In this document: in pieces, positions 38,897 to 49,440 of the stretch
Layout of the letters: the number at the start of each line of letters is the position of its first letter
How positions within the stretch are numbered: the stretch's first letter is position 1
From: Octopus sinensis
Lineage: Eukaryota
Reading direction: 5' to 3'
Assembly (NCBI RefSeq): GCF_006345805.1
Contig: NC_043004.1
Span: 41,354,001 to 41,418,000, forward strand
Length of the DNA stretch: 64,000 nucleotides
Position numbers and translations under genes: made by a program
Notes under the pieces: model-generated
What the model saw: only the letters and a program-made list of their open reading frames with translations
Told to the model about the DNA's origin: nothing
Databases searched by the model: none

Positions 38897-40320
38897 AGTT
38901 GTACCCAGTGTAAGCTATGGACACATAAGAGGTGCAGCAATATCAAAGGAAGGCTAACGGGGAAGATTGTTTTTGCATGTGGTAAATGCTCAGGTGCTAT
39001 AAACACTAAGAATGTGCAGAGAACAGCTTCTGTCACATTCCGGGGAGAAAAACTAGAAGTAGCTGATAGCTTCTGTTACCTAAGGGACCAAGTCAGTAGC
39101 AGGGGTGGATGCTCTGAAAGTGTAGCTGCTAGAATAAGAATAACCTGGGCAAAGTTCAGAGAGCTCCTACCTCTGCTGGTGACAAAGGGCCTCTCACTCA
39201 GAGTAAAAGGTAGACTATATGACACATGTGTACGAACAGCCATGCTACATGGCAGTGAAAGATGGGACATGACTGCTGGTGACGTGTAAGCTTGCAAGGA
39301 ACGAAGCCAGTATGCTCCACTGGATGTGTAATGTCAGTGTGCATACACGATAGAGTGTAAGTTCCCTGAGAGAAAAGTTGGATTTAAGAAGCATCAGATG
39401 TGGTGTGCAAGAGAGAGATGACCTTGCTGGTATGGTCATGTGTTACAAATGAATGAAGACAGCTGTGTGAAAAAGTATCACATCCTAGCAGTTGGAAGAG
39501 GTAGACCCAAGAAAACCTGGGATGAGGTGGTGAAGCAGGACCATTGGACATTGGGCCTTACCGAGGCAATGACTAGTGACCGAGACCTTTGGAAATATGC
39601 TGTGCTTGAGAAGATCTAACAAACCAAGTGAGACCATAGCCCGTGGCCTATGCCAGTGGGTGTAACCAGCCCACTTATAAGAACCCTTCATTCATTGGAC
39701 AATAAGCTTCACTTGTGAAAACCTATTGAGGGAAGTAAAATCAAAATCAATGACGTGGCCGATGACAGTACTACTTGTGCCAGTGGAATGTTATAAACAA
39801 GCTGGTGGCACGTAAAAAGCACCATTCGAGTATAATCATTGCCTTACCGGCATTCGACATGGTCATTGCTAGTGCTGCCGGACTGGCTCCCGTGCAGGTA
39901 GCATGTAAAAAACACCTTTTGAGCATGGTCATCGCCAGAACTGCCTGACCGGCCCTCGTGCCAGTGGCATGTAAAATCATCCACTACACTCTCGGAGTAG
40001 AAACTTTGGCAGATCAGATTGAACTTGGTGCAGCCTTCTGGCTCAGCAGTCCTCAGTCAAACCATTCAACCCATGCCTGGAAGGAAAGCGGACGTTAAAC
40101 GATGATGAGAATGTATATGTATATATATATATATTAAATATATGGCATGTAAAATCATCCACTACACTCTCTGAGTGGTTGGTGTTAGGAAGGGCATCCA
40201 GCTGTAGAAACTTTGCCAGATCAGATTGAACTTGGTGCAGCCTTCTGGCTCAGCAGTCCTCAGTCAAACCGTCCAACCCATGCCTGGAAGGAAAGCGGAC
40301 GTTAAACGATGATGATAATG
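38897..40320 (+). mobile_element. 5'-truncated RTE LINE: ORF2 C-terminus (to ~39620) plus family E 3' UTR with a duplicated 3' end
   Basis: CTQCKLWTHKRC...CGKC, LEVADSFCYL, ARIRITWAKFRELLPLL, MLHGSE and GRPKKTWDEVV motifs; frameshifts and stops; (GAT)n tails at ~40105 and ~40310. Confidence 0.85.
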
Positions 40321-40876
40321 TATATGTATATATATTAAATATAATATACACACACACACCATGTGCATATATGTATATATAGGTACATATATTAAAATAC
40401 CCATGTATGTGCCGTACTTAATGTATATACACTGTTAATAGACTAGTTACTGTTGTATGTATGTAAATTTAAAGACGATTGACAACTGTCAATGGAAATG
40501 TCTTCCTTTCCTAGAAGATAAATTGAAATGTTTGGTTTTGCTCTTCTCTAGTGAACAACATTGAGAGGAAGATAAGAAATCTGGCTAAAACAGCCTGTTG
40601 TTCTATGACACGATTTTTATTCTTTATTGTACAAAAATAAACAATACATATCTTAGATCCAACTAGCCATGCTAGCATAAAATAAAGGACATTATTTACG
40701 ATAATGATTATTGAATATGATAATGTTGATTATGATGAAGTGTAATCATTCTTTATTCTTTTTTTTATATGGTTTTGTTATTGGTGTACATATTTGGGAA
40801 TATTAAAGTGTTGATGTTTTTAGTGTTTGTTTTTTCCTTGCTTTAATTTAAAAAAAAATTTTTTATAATTTTTTGA

Positions 40877-41283
40877 GGCGCAGGAGTGGCTGTGTGGTAA
40901 GTAGCTTGCTAACCAACCACATGGTTCTGGGTTCAGTCCCACTGCGTGGCATCTTGGGCAAGTGTCTTCTGCTATAGCCACGGGCCGACCAATACCTTGT
41001 GAGTGGATTTGGTAGACGGAAACTGAAAGAAGCCCGTCTTGTATATGTATATATATATATATATATGTATGTGTGTTTGTGTGTCTGTGTTTGTCCCCCT
41101 AGCATTGCTTGACAACCGATGCTGGTGTGTTTATGTCCCCGTCACTTAGCGGTTCGGCAAAAAGAGACCGATAGAATAAGTACTGGGCTTACAAAGAATA
41201 AGTCCTGGGGGTCAATTTGCTTGACTAAAGGCAGTGTGCCAGCATGGCCGCAGTCAAATGACTGAAACAAGTAAAAGAGAGTA
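40877..41283 (+). mobile_element. SINE family B
   Basis: Full-length head-to-tail copy. Confidence 0.9.
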
Positions 41284-41339
41284 ACACACAACCAGATGTA
41301 TGCATGCATGTATACATACATACATACATACACACATAC

Positions 41340-41517
41340 AGCCACGGCACATAGGAAAACAGTTGGTGATTTATGCAGCTATATTCAGTTTCAAAGGTGT
41401 GTAAACATGTATCTAATTCATCAGATGTCTGCTGTATGGTGGACACCTTATAGACACAGGTTTTTTTGTGCCTATGGAACTTTGAGTAATAACTATGCCA
41501 AGTCACTAACTGCCCAC
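41340..41517 (-). CDS. Internal coding exon of the unrecognised gene
   Basis: Acceptor TTTGTAG|GT and donor CT|GTATGT; 178 nt open as [59 protein letters not shown]; joins 36182 in frame. Confidence 0.6.
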
Positions 41518-41769
41518 CTACAAATATATATATATTCTATATAATGTTTTGAATGCATTTCTCTTTTGTTTGTACACATTCTGTATGTGTGTGCATATAT
41601 ATGTACATATATATATATATATATATAATATATATATATAATATATATGTATATAAATATGTATGTGTATATATATATATATATATATGTATGTATATAA
41701 ATATGTGTATATATATATATGTATGTATATAAATATGTGTATATATATATATGTATGTATATAAATATG

Positions 41770-41800
<31 letters not shown>

Positions 41801-41880
41801 ATATATATAATATATAAATATGTATGTGTATATATATATATATATATATATAAATATGTATGTATATATATATGTATGTG

Positions 41881-41926
<46 letters not shown>

Positions 41927-42088
41927 ATATATATATATATGTATGTGTATATATATATATATGTATATATATATGTATGTGTATATATATATATATATAT
42001 ATATAAATATGTATGTATATAAATATGTATGTGTATATATATATATATATATATAAATATGTATGTATATAAATATGTATGTATATAT

Positions 42089-42444
42089 TTGGAAGCACTC
42101 CGTTGGTTACGACGACGAGGGTTCCGGTTGATCTGATCAACGGAACAGCCTGCTCGTGAAATTAACGTGCAAGTGGTTGAGCACTCCACAGACACGTGTA
42201 CCCTTAACGTAGTTCTCGGGGATATTCACCCTTTTGAAATACAGGTACAACAGAAACAGGAAGTAAGAGTGAGAGAAAGTTGTGGTGAAAGAGTACAGCA
42301 GGGATCACCACCATCCCTGCCGGAGCCTCGTGGAGCTTTAGGTGTTTTCGCTCAATAAACACTCACAACGCCCGGTCTGGGAATCGAAACCGCGATCCTA
42401 CGACCACGAGTCCGCTGCCTTAACCAATGGGCCATTGCGCCTCC
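42089..42444 (-). mobile_element. SINE family C with an internal deletion, inside a TA microsatellite
   Basis: Matches 62299-62682 minus ~35 bp. Confidence 0.85.
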
Positions 42445-42467
42445 ACATATATATATATATATATATA

Positions 42468-42504
<37 letters not shown>

Positions 42505-42633
42505 AATATGTATGTATATATGTATGTATAATATGTATGTATATGTATATCATCATCATCTGTATGTATATATGTATGTATATGTGTATGTATATATATA
42601 TATGTATGTATGTATATATATATATGTATGATG

Positions 42634-42665
<32 letters not shown>

Positions 42666-42695
42666 GGTATGTATGTATATGTATATATAGGTATG

Positions 42696-42733
<38 letters not shown>

Positions 42734-42841
42734 TATATATATATGTATGTATATGTATATATGTATATATATATGTATATATGTATGTATGTATATATGT
42801 ATGTATATATATATGTATGTATATATATGTGTGTATGTGTA

Positions 42842-42883
<42 letters not shown>

Positions 42884-43012
42884 TACAGACATATGTGTGC
42901 TCACTGAGAAGGATCAATAGTATTATGTAGAGATAACATCCAACATTTGCAATACCCATTAACAAATTGGAAGGACAGTCGCTCGCTTATGTTAAAGTTG
43001 GAGCATACCTGC

Positions 43013-43052
43013 CTTCTCCCATTATTTTCTCGCAGGCAACTCTACGTGACAT
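43013..43052 (-). CDS. Probable first coding exon of the unrecognised gene (MSRRVACEKIMGE)
   Basis: Strong acceptor TTTGTTTTTCTAG| (exon start 43067); in-frame TAA just before ATG 43052; frame continues into 41517 only via the GC donor AAG|GCAGGT at 43012. Confidence 0.4.
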
Positions 43053-43773
43053 TTAGAAGAACTAGAACTAGAAAAACAAATACAAAAATGAAATAATCAA
43101 ATGAAAATAATTACAACCAAGGATTTTTGTTTTTTGAGAAATTTTCACTAAAACTGTAATATTAAATTACATTAAATAGTCCCTACAGACACTCTGCATG
43201 CTCAGTGTTATTGTGTGATCCTTTCTCTGAAATTGGTTACATTTTCAGTTTATGTACTTTAAAAATAAATACTAAACTAAAAAGGAATAAAAAGATGTTT
43301 TTTCCATGATTGTTCAATGCAAAACCTATTGCATGTAAATATCTGTATTTAAAAATAAAGGTAGTTTTCTATATTTTAACTTTTGTTTTATTATTATTTT
43401 CATTACATTTAAGTAACATTGATTTTATTTGCCGTCTTTATTGACAACATGGCTATATTAATTTATTAATGTTACCATACTACTTTGAAAGCATTCTAAC
43501 ACATCATAGGGGCCTGATTGATATCAACATTGTCATTCAGTGTTGGTATGAAAGTGTGTGTGACATCCACTATATATATATATATATATATATATAATAA
43601 TAAATATTAGGGAATAAATCCAAATTTACAGGGAAAAAATCAGATTTAGGATTAAATCGATTTTATAGTAAAATATTATAAAATATTATTCGAGACAAAA
43701 CCACTATTTTGCAAAACAAACAAGGAAAGACTTAATCAATACATAAAATTTTAATAAATAGTCAAAAAAACCG

Positions 43774-43816
43774 CCACTACAATCGTTTCTTGTCTTGATC
43801 GACAATCTTCAGGTGG
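43774..43816 (-). ncRNA. Mirror copy of the minimal hammerhead ribozyme
   Basis: Consequence of the perfect palindrome. Confidence 0.7.
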
Positions 43817-43863
43817 ACTTCCAATAATTCAGTGTCATAATTTGACACTGAATTATTGGAAGT

Positions 43864-43906
43864 CCACCTGAAGATTGTCGATCAAGACAAGAAACGATTG
43901 TAGTGG
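43864..43906 (+). ncRNA. Minimal type I hammerhead ribozyme (Penelope-like element type)
   Basis: Stem I CCAC/GUGG; core CUGAAGA; stem II UUGUC-GAUCAA-GACAA; GAAA; stem III AC-GAUU-GU; GUA cleavage triplet (after 43902). Confidence 0.7.
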
Positions 43907-43993
43907 CGGTTTTTTTGACTATTTATTAAAATTTTATGTATTGATTAAGTCTTTCCTTGTTTGTTTTGCAAAATAGTGGTTTTGTCTCGAATA

Positions 43994-44046
<53 letters not shown>

Positions 44047-44137
44047 GAATAAGGGTAGAAATTGATATTAATCAATTAAAACCAGTGGCCTAGCATATTA
44101 AAAAAAATCCGATGATTAAAATATTTTTTACATACAA

Positions 44138-44390
44138 AATTTAAAGGACTGACCACTAAAAGTGGACGGTCAATATGCTAGATATAGACGTCAAAATCGT
44201 TATTTTCCACGAAGAATGTGTTCTCAAGAAAAAACTCAGCACAAAACCAAAGTGTAAAAAATAAGCAAGACAATTGAAAATATACGAAATCAAAAACGAT
44301 TACCTATGAGAACACATTCTTCGTGGAAAATAGCGATTTTGACGTCTATATCTAGCATATTGACCGTCCACTTTTAGTGGTCAGTCCTTT

Positions 44391-44395
<5 letters not shown>
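44138..44395. repeat. Inverted repeat: 89-bp arms (1 mismatch), 80-bp loop
   Basis: 44138-44226 pairs with 44307-44395. Confidence 0.9.
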
Positions 44396-44427
<32 letters not shown>

Positions 44428-44500
44428 TTGCGGCCAAAATGTTCAGAACGGCATTGTTTTCGTCAGAAAAGTAGGTATAAGTTTTTATTAAAGTTGTTTT

Positions 44501-45264
44501 GGTTAATATAGGGCGTTACGATTATCAGAAAATAAAAAAAAATGTGTGTAATAGGTGTAAAACAACTTCCTATGAACGAATATGAAAAAAAAAATTCGCG
44601 CACGCGAAAGGGGGGTGGGGGAGATGCCTCGGAAAATTCACATCGAGAAGTTCCGAAAGCGTCTGAGGGGCTGACCCGGGCACCAAAACAAAAAAAAAAT
44701 AGTGTAATATGTGTAAAACAACTTGCTCTAAACGAATATGAAAAAAAAAATGCGCTCTCGCGAAAGAGGGGTGGGGGAGAGGCTTCGGAAAATTTATATC
44801 GGGAATTTCCGAAAGCGTCTGAACCGGGCACAAAAACAAAAACAAAAACAGTGTAATAGGTGTAAAAGAACTTGCTCTAAACGACTATCATGAAAAAAAT
44901 GCGCGCTCGCCAAAGGGGGGTGGGGGAGAGGCTTCGGAAATTTCACATCTTCAGTCCACGGCCTTTAAACTAAGAAAAAATAGTGTAATTGGTGTAAAAC
45001 TACTTGTTCTAAACGAGTATCAAGAACACACACTCACACATGAATCATAAACTCCGTATTTTTGTACATATTTCGCAAAAAAAAAATAATAATAAAGAGA
45101 AGAAATTCTGGAAAAAGTGAAGAAATGTTGAATCTTATTCCTTGGTTAAAGCTATTTTAAACATTAAATTTATGCTTTTCTTTGAAATAGTTCAGATATA
45201 TGCAATTCTTCTCACTTATTAAGATGCATTTATCAGAAAAAAAGAGACAGAAAAAATAATTATT

Positions 45265-45296
<32 letters not shown>

Positions 45297-47601
45297 TGTG
45301 TACAGTGCTCAGGTGCACTACAACTCATCTAAAGTGTATATATAATCAGGTGTAGTTTCGGCGGATTTCGGAAAGCATGAGGGCCTTAAAAGATGCAGTG
45401 TCATGGCAGTCAACAACTGACGCAGGCAGTTTATTCCATGCTTCAGCAACTCTGAGCGTGAAAAAATGTTTCCGAAAGTCATGGGAGCTGTATTGTTTTC
45501 TGACTTTGTAGGCATGTCCACGTGTGTTAGACACATGGAGATCAAAAAGGTGTTCAGTGTTGTTGTTGGTGAGGTGGTTGATAACTTTGTGGGTGTTTAC
45601 CAAGTCCGTCGCCAAACGCCGGAGCTTCAGTGAATCCATGCCCAGGGAAACAAGGCGCTCAGAATATGGTAGGTGTCTGATGGAGGGTATGCGTTTGGTT
45701 GCACGTCTCTGGACAGATTCCAGGAGGTCAATGTTCTGTGCAAGATAGGGGTTCCAAACTGATGATGCGAATTCCAAGTGTGGTCGTACCATAGCTGTAT
45801 ACAGTTTTAAATAGATGGCTGGAGAGCGGCTAACAAAAGACCTGCTGAGTGATGCCAAGACACCCTCGGCCTTCCTGACAATCTTAGAGATATGCTTTGA
45901 CCAACGCAAATCACTGCTGACAGTGATGCCTAGGTCACGCTCGCAAGAGGATTTCTTGATATCAGTGTTGTGGAGGGAGTATGTGAACGCAGGGTTTTTT
46001 CTCCCAAAATGCATGGTGGTACACTTGTCCACAGCCAGTTTCAGTTGCCAGTCTGTGATCCATTGCTGCATTGTGTCTAGGTCTGATTGCAGGAAAGAGT
46101 TGTAGACATCAGGATCTGTCCTCTTGATTTCAAGGTACAGCTTGATGTCGTCTGCATATTTCAATACTGTGGCATTCTTTAAATTGGCATCTATGTCGTT
46201 AATGTATGCCACAAACAAGAGGGGACCAAGGACAGATCCCTGTGGTACACCCGATGACATCTCATATGGTGTAGAGTGCTGTCCTAGAACTGTGACTACC
46301 TCCTTTCGGCTGAGGATGAAGGATTTCAACCAGTTAAAAAGGTCATCCCCCACACCCATTGCAGAGAGTTTCACCATAAGCCTTTTGTGTGGCACAGAGT
46401 TGAAAGCCTTAGCAAAGTCAATCCTTCCCTAATTATCCTTTATTAATTAGTTTTGGCGTGTATTTTTTTCCCAAATTTATTTTTTCACCTTTACAACACT
46501 GTTTAGTAAAGTAATTAATTATCTTTATAATTTGCATATTTGACTTATTAATCAAAATTCTCTAGATGTAATATATAGTAAGTAATGCATCCTTCATGTA
46601 TGTGTTCCGTTCTGTATTATGCATGCGTGACTGTTTGTATGTAAGTGTGTTTAACTGTGCACATGAATGTGAATATTAAAGAACATATTTATTTACTATG
46701 ATTGTTATTTTCAGAACAAATAAATCTTTTGGCTGTTATGTTATTGATGTTATTATTATTGCTAGTTAAAGGGTGGTGACTTGGCTGAATATTTTGAGTC
46801 TTGTAGTATGTAGTTGTGTTAGTCAATATTCTGAGTTCAAATCCAACTCATTTCTTTATCATCATTGTCGATGGACCACTCAAAGAGGTATGTATACATT
46901 ATCATTTTCGTAACATAATTTCTGTAGTATTTCAAGATGTTTCTGACACGTATTTTGATTCACATAGCGGAGATCCAACATTTCTTCACTTTTTCCAGAA
47001 TTTCTTCTCTTTATTATTTTTTTTTTCGAAATATGTACAAAAATACGGAGTTTATGATTCATGTGTGAGTGTGTGTTCTTGATACTCGTTTAGAACAAGT
47101 AGTTTTACACCAATTACACTATTTTTTCTTAGTTTAAAGGCCGTGGACTGAAGATGTGAAATTTCCGAAGCCTCTCCCCCACCCCCCTTTGGCGAGCGCG
47201 CATTTTTTTCATGATAGTCGTTTAGAGCAAGTTGTTTTACACCTATTACGCTGTTTTTATTTTTGTTTTTGTGCCCGGTTCAGACGCTTTCGGAAATTCT
47301 CGATATAAATTTTCCGAAGCCTCTCCCCCACCCCTCTTTCGCGAGTGCGAATTTTTTTTTTCATATTCGTTTAGAGCAAGTTGTTTTACACATATTACAC
47401 TATTTTTTTTTTGTTTTGGTGCCCGGGTCAGCCCCTCAGACGCTTTCGGAACTTCCCGATGTGAATTTTCCGAGGCCTCTCCCCCACCCCCCTTTCGCGT
47501 GCGCGAATTTTTTTTTCATATTCGTTCATAGGAAGTTGTTTTACACCTATTACACACATTTTTTTTTGATTTTCTGATAATCGTAACGCCCTATATTAAC
47601 C
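44501..47601. mobile_element. Foldback-type element: ~635-bp TIRs made of ~150-bp internal tandem subrepeats
   Basis: Arms 44501-~45135 and ~46971-47601; termini GGTTAATATAGGGCG/CGCCCTATATTAACC; GTTTT on both flanks; no transposase in the spacer. Confidence 0.85.
45268..46422 (-). mobile_element. 5'-truncated CR1-clade LINE (RT C-terminal half, open for ~350 aa)
   Basis: IDFAKAFNSVPH, SGVPQGSVLGPLLF, YADD, ERDLG, RPHLEFASSVW and RGH..K motifs; stop at 45346; (ATT)n tail; 3' fragments of the same family at ~30393 and 54423. Confidence 0.92.
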
Positions 47602-47900
47602 GTTTTATATTCTATAATTTTCACAGACAATAAATACGATATTAATTGTTATTGTCTGAAATTCTGGTGTAATTTGAGAGGATAATACAAAAGTTATGGA
47701 TGATTTAGTGATTTACTGCAAAACCCATGGTGGCCAAAATGATCAGAACGGTTGCTTTTACTCCGTGTTTTAGTATATTTGACCGGCGAACTCTAATGTT
47801 TTGAATTTGACCGGCGAACTCTAATGTTTTGAATTTGTTCACGCGACGGTTCATTTACTAAACATTAGTAAGAATACCTACAGTGTACTTTGTTAATATA

Positions 47901-48897
47901 ATGCCATTTACTCCGTTACCAATTCGTCAGCAGATCATTAAGCTTCGAAAGAAGGATAATTTAAGTATTGGGTCTATTGCAAAGATTGTTAACAAGTCAA
48001 AAAGTGTTGTTCACAGTATTCTTAAGGTCTACGATGATTGTGGTTCGTGTGAAGCAAGACAGTCTACAGGTAGGCCAAGAAAAACGACCAAGAGAGAAGA
48101 TCGTGCTATGGTAAAGTTGGTTAAAAAGGACAGATTTAAAACTGCTGCTGCTGTTTCTCTGGAAATGAGCATTGTACTGAAGAAAACTTTATCTCGAAAA
48201 ACTGTCTCATCGTTTAGTTGAACATGACCTACAAGCAAGAGCACCTGCAGTGAAGCCACTGATCAGCTCCAAGAATAAAAAGTGTCGTCTTACCTTTGCA
48301 ACTGAACATGTGTTGTGGTCTCAAGAAAAATGGCAAACGGTGCATTTCAGTGACGAATCTAAGTTTGTTATTTGGCTCAGATAGGAGTTCGTCAAAAAGG
48401 AGGTGAAAAATTGTTGCCTAAATGCCTTAAGACTAGTGTTAAATTCGGTGGAGGAAGTGTCATGGTTTGGGGAATGATATCTGGAGATGGTGTGGGCCCT
48501 TTGGTGCGATTACATGGAAAGGTAAATGCAGGAGTTTATAAACAACTTGTAAAAGATCATGTCTTGCCTGTGCTGAGAAATTCAACTAAGCGACCACCCA
48601 TATTCATGCAGGACAATGCCCCATGTCACAAGGCTAAGGTGGTCATGAACTTCCTCAAGGCTGAAAAGGTTATTATTATGGATTGACCTGCTCAAAGCCC
48701 AGATCTCAATCCTATTGAAAATGTGTAGAATATTCTAGGAGAACGTTCGAAAGCCAGAAATCCTAAAACAACCGAGCAATTATGGAATGCCCTTCAGGAA
48801 GAATGGAATAAGATCACCCAGCAAGAAATTGAAAATTTAATTTTGTCATGCAGTTGAAGATGTCAAAGTGTGATTGAAGCTTCACACTAAATATTAA
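47901..48897 (+). pseudogene. Tc1 transposase pseudogene
   Basis: Paired-like HTH and GRPRK; FSDESKF, GGGSVMVWG, QDNAPCH and P-Q-SPDLNPIEN with 34 residues between the second D and E; frameshifts near 48210 and 48370 and in-frame stops at Trp positions. Confidence 0.92.
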
Positions 48898-49110
48898 ATA
48901 ATTTCAGTATTCTCTGTCATTTTTGATTATTTTGTTATTTTTTTCAACCGTTCTGATCATTTTGGCCGCCATGGGTTTGGCAGTAAATCACTAAATCATC
49001 CATAACTTTTGTATTATCCTCTCAAATTACACCAAAATCTTTGATAAAAACTTATACCTACTTTTCTGATGAAAACAATGCCGTTCTGAACATTTTGGCC
49101 GCAACTGTAA

Positions 49111-49145
<35 letters not shown>

Positions 49146-49440
49146 AAGTATTATTACTGTTAAAAACAGTAATAATGGGGTGGATAGCAAGACTTCTACC
49201 TAAACAGGTACAAAATATTTAAAGAAAAGAAGGATAAAGATACCGATTGTTAGAAAATTAAAGCGAAAGCTTCAAAAAACCACCAGTTCTATGATAAATA
49301 CACACACGAGCAAGGTAATAAATATTTTTTAAAATAGGCTTACCTTCAGATTCCATCCTGAATATATATATATCAGAAAATATAAACTTTAAATATCATT
49401 GCAATACAATTGTATCACTTTCCAGCCAAATAAAGCACTG

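Larger units (their letters stand above)
43677..44003. repeat. Perfect palindrome: 161-bp arms, 5-nt loop (TAATT, 43838-43842)
   Basis: Arms 43677-43837 and 43843-44003 compared by eye with no mismatch. Confidence 0.95.
44425..49107 (+). mobile_element. Tc1 (DD34E) transposon with IR-DR-type TIRs; left TIR interrupted by a 3.1-kb insertion
   Basis: Outer ends CAGTTGCGGCCAAAATGTTCAGAACGG at 44425 and (reverse) 49107|TA; inner DRs CATGG(T/C)GGCCAAAATGATCAGAACGG at ~47726 and ~48950; transposase between the inner DRs. Confidence 0.9.

Noticed and set aside
41493-42965. ORFs of 100-225 aa in both directions
   Set aside because: TA/TATG tracts plus a SINE; only 41340-41517 behaves like an exon.
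43009-43061. Alternative reading SSKCHVELPARK*WEKAG using the GT donor, with TAA rescued by RNA editing
   Set aside because: Needs double editing of a UAA or a sequencing error; the GC-donor model explains the frame more simply.
44463-44856. ORFs of 91-122 aa mirrored at 47232-47577
   Set aside because: They fall within the foldback TIR subrepeats; no coding signature.
45524-46432. Plus-strand ORFs of 74-102 aa
   Set aside because: Antisense shadows of the CR1 reverse transcriptase ORF.
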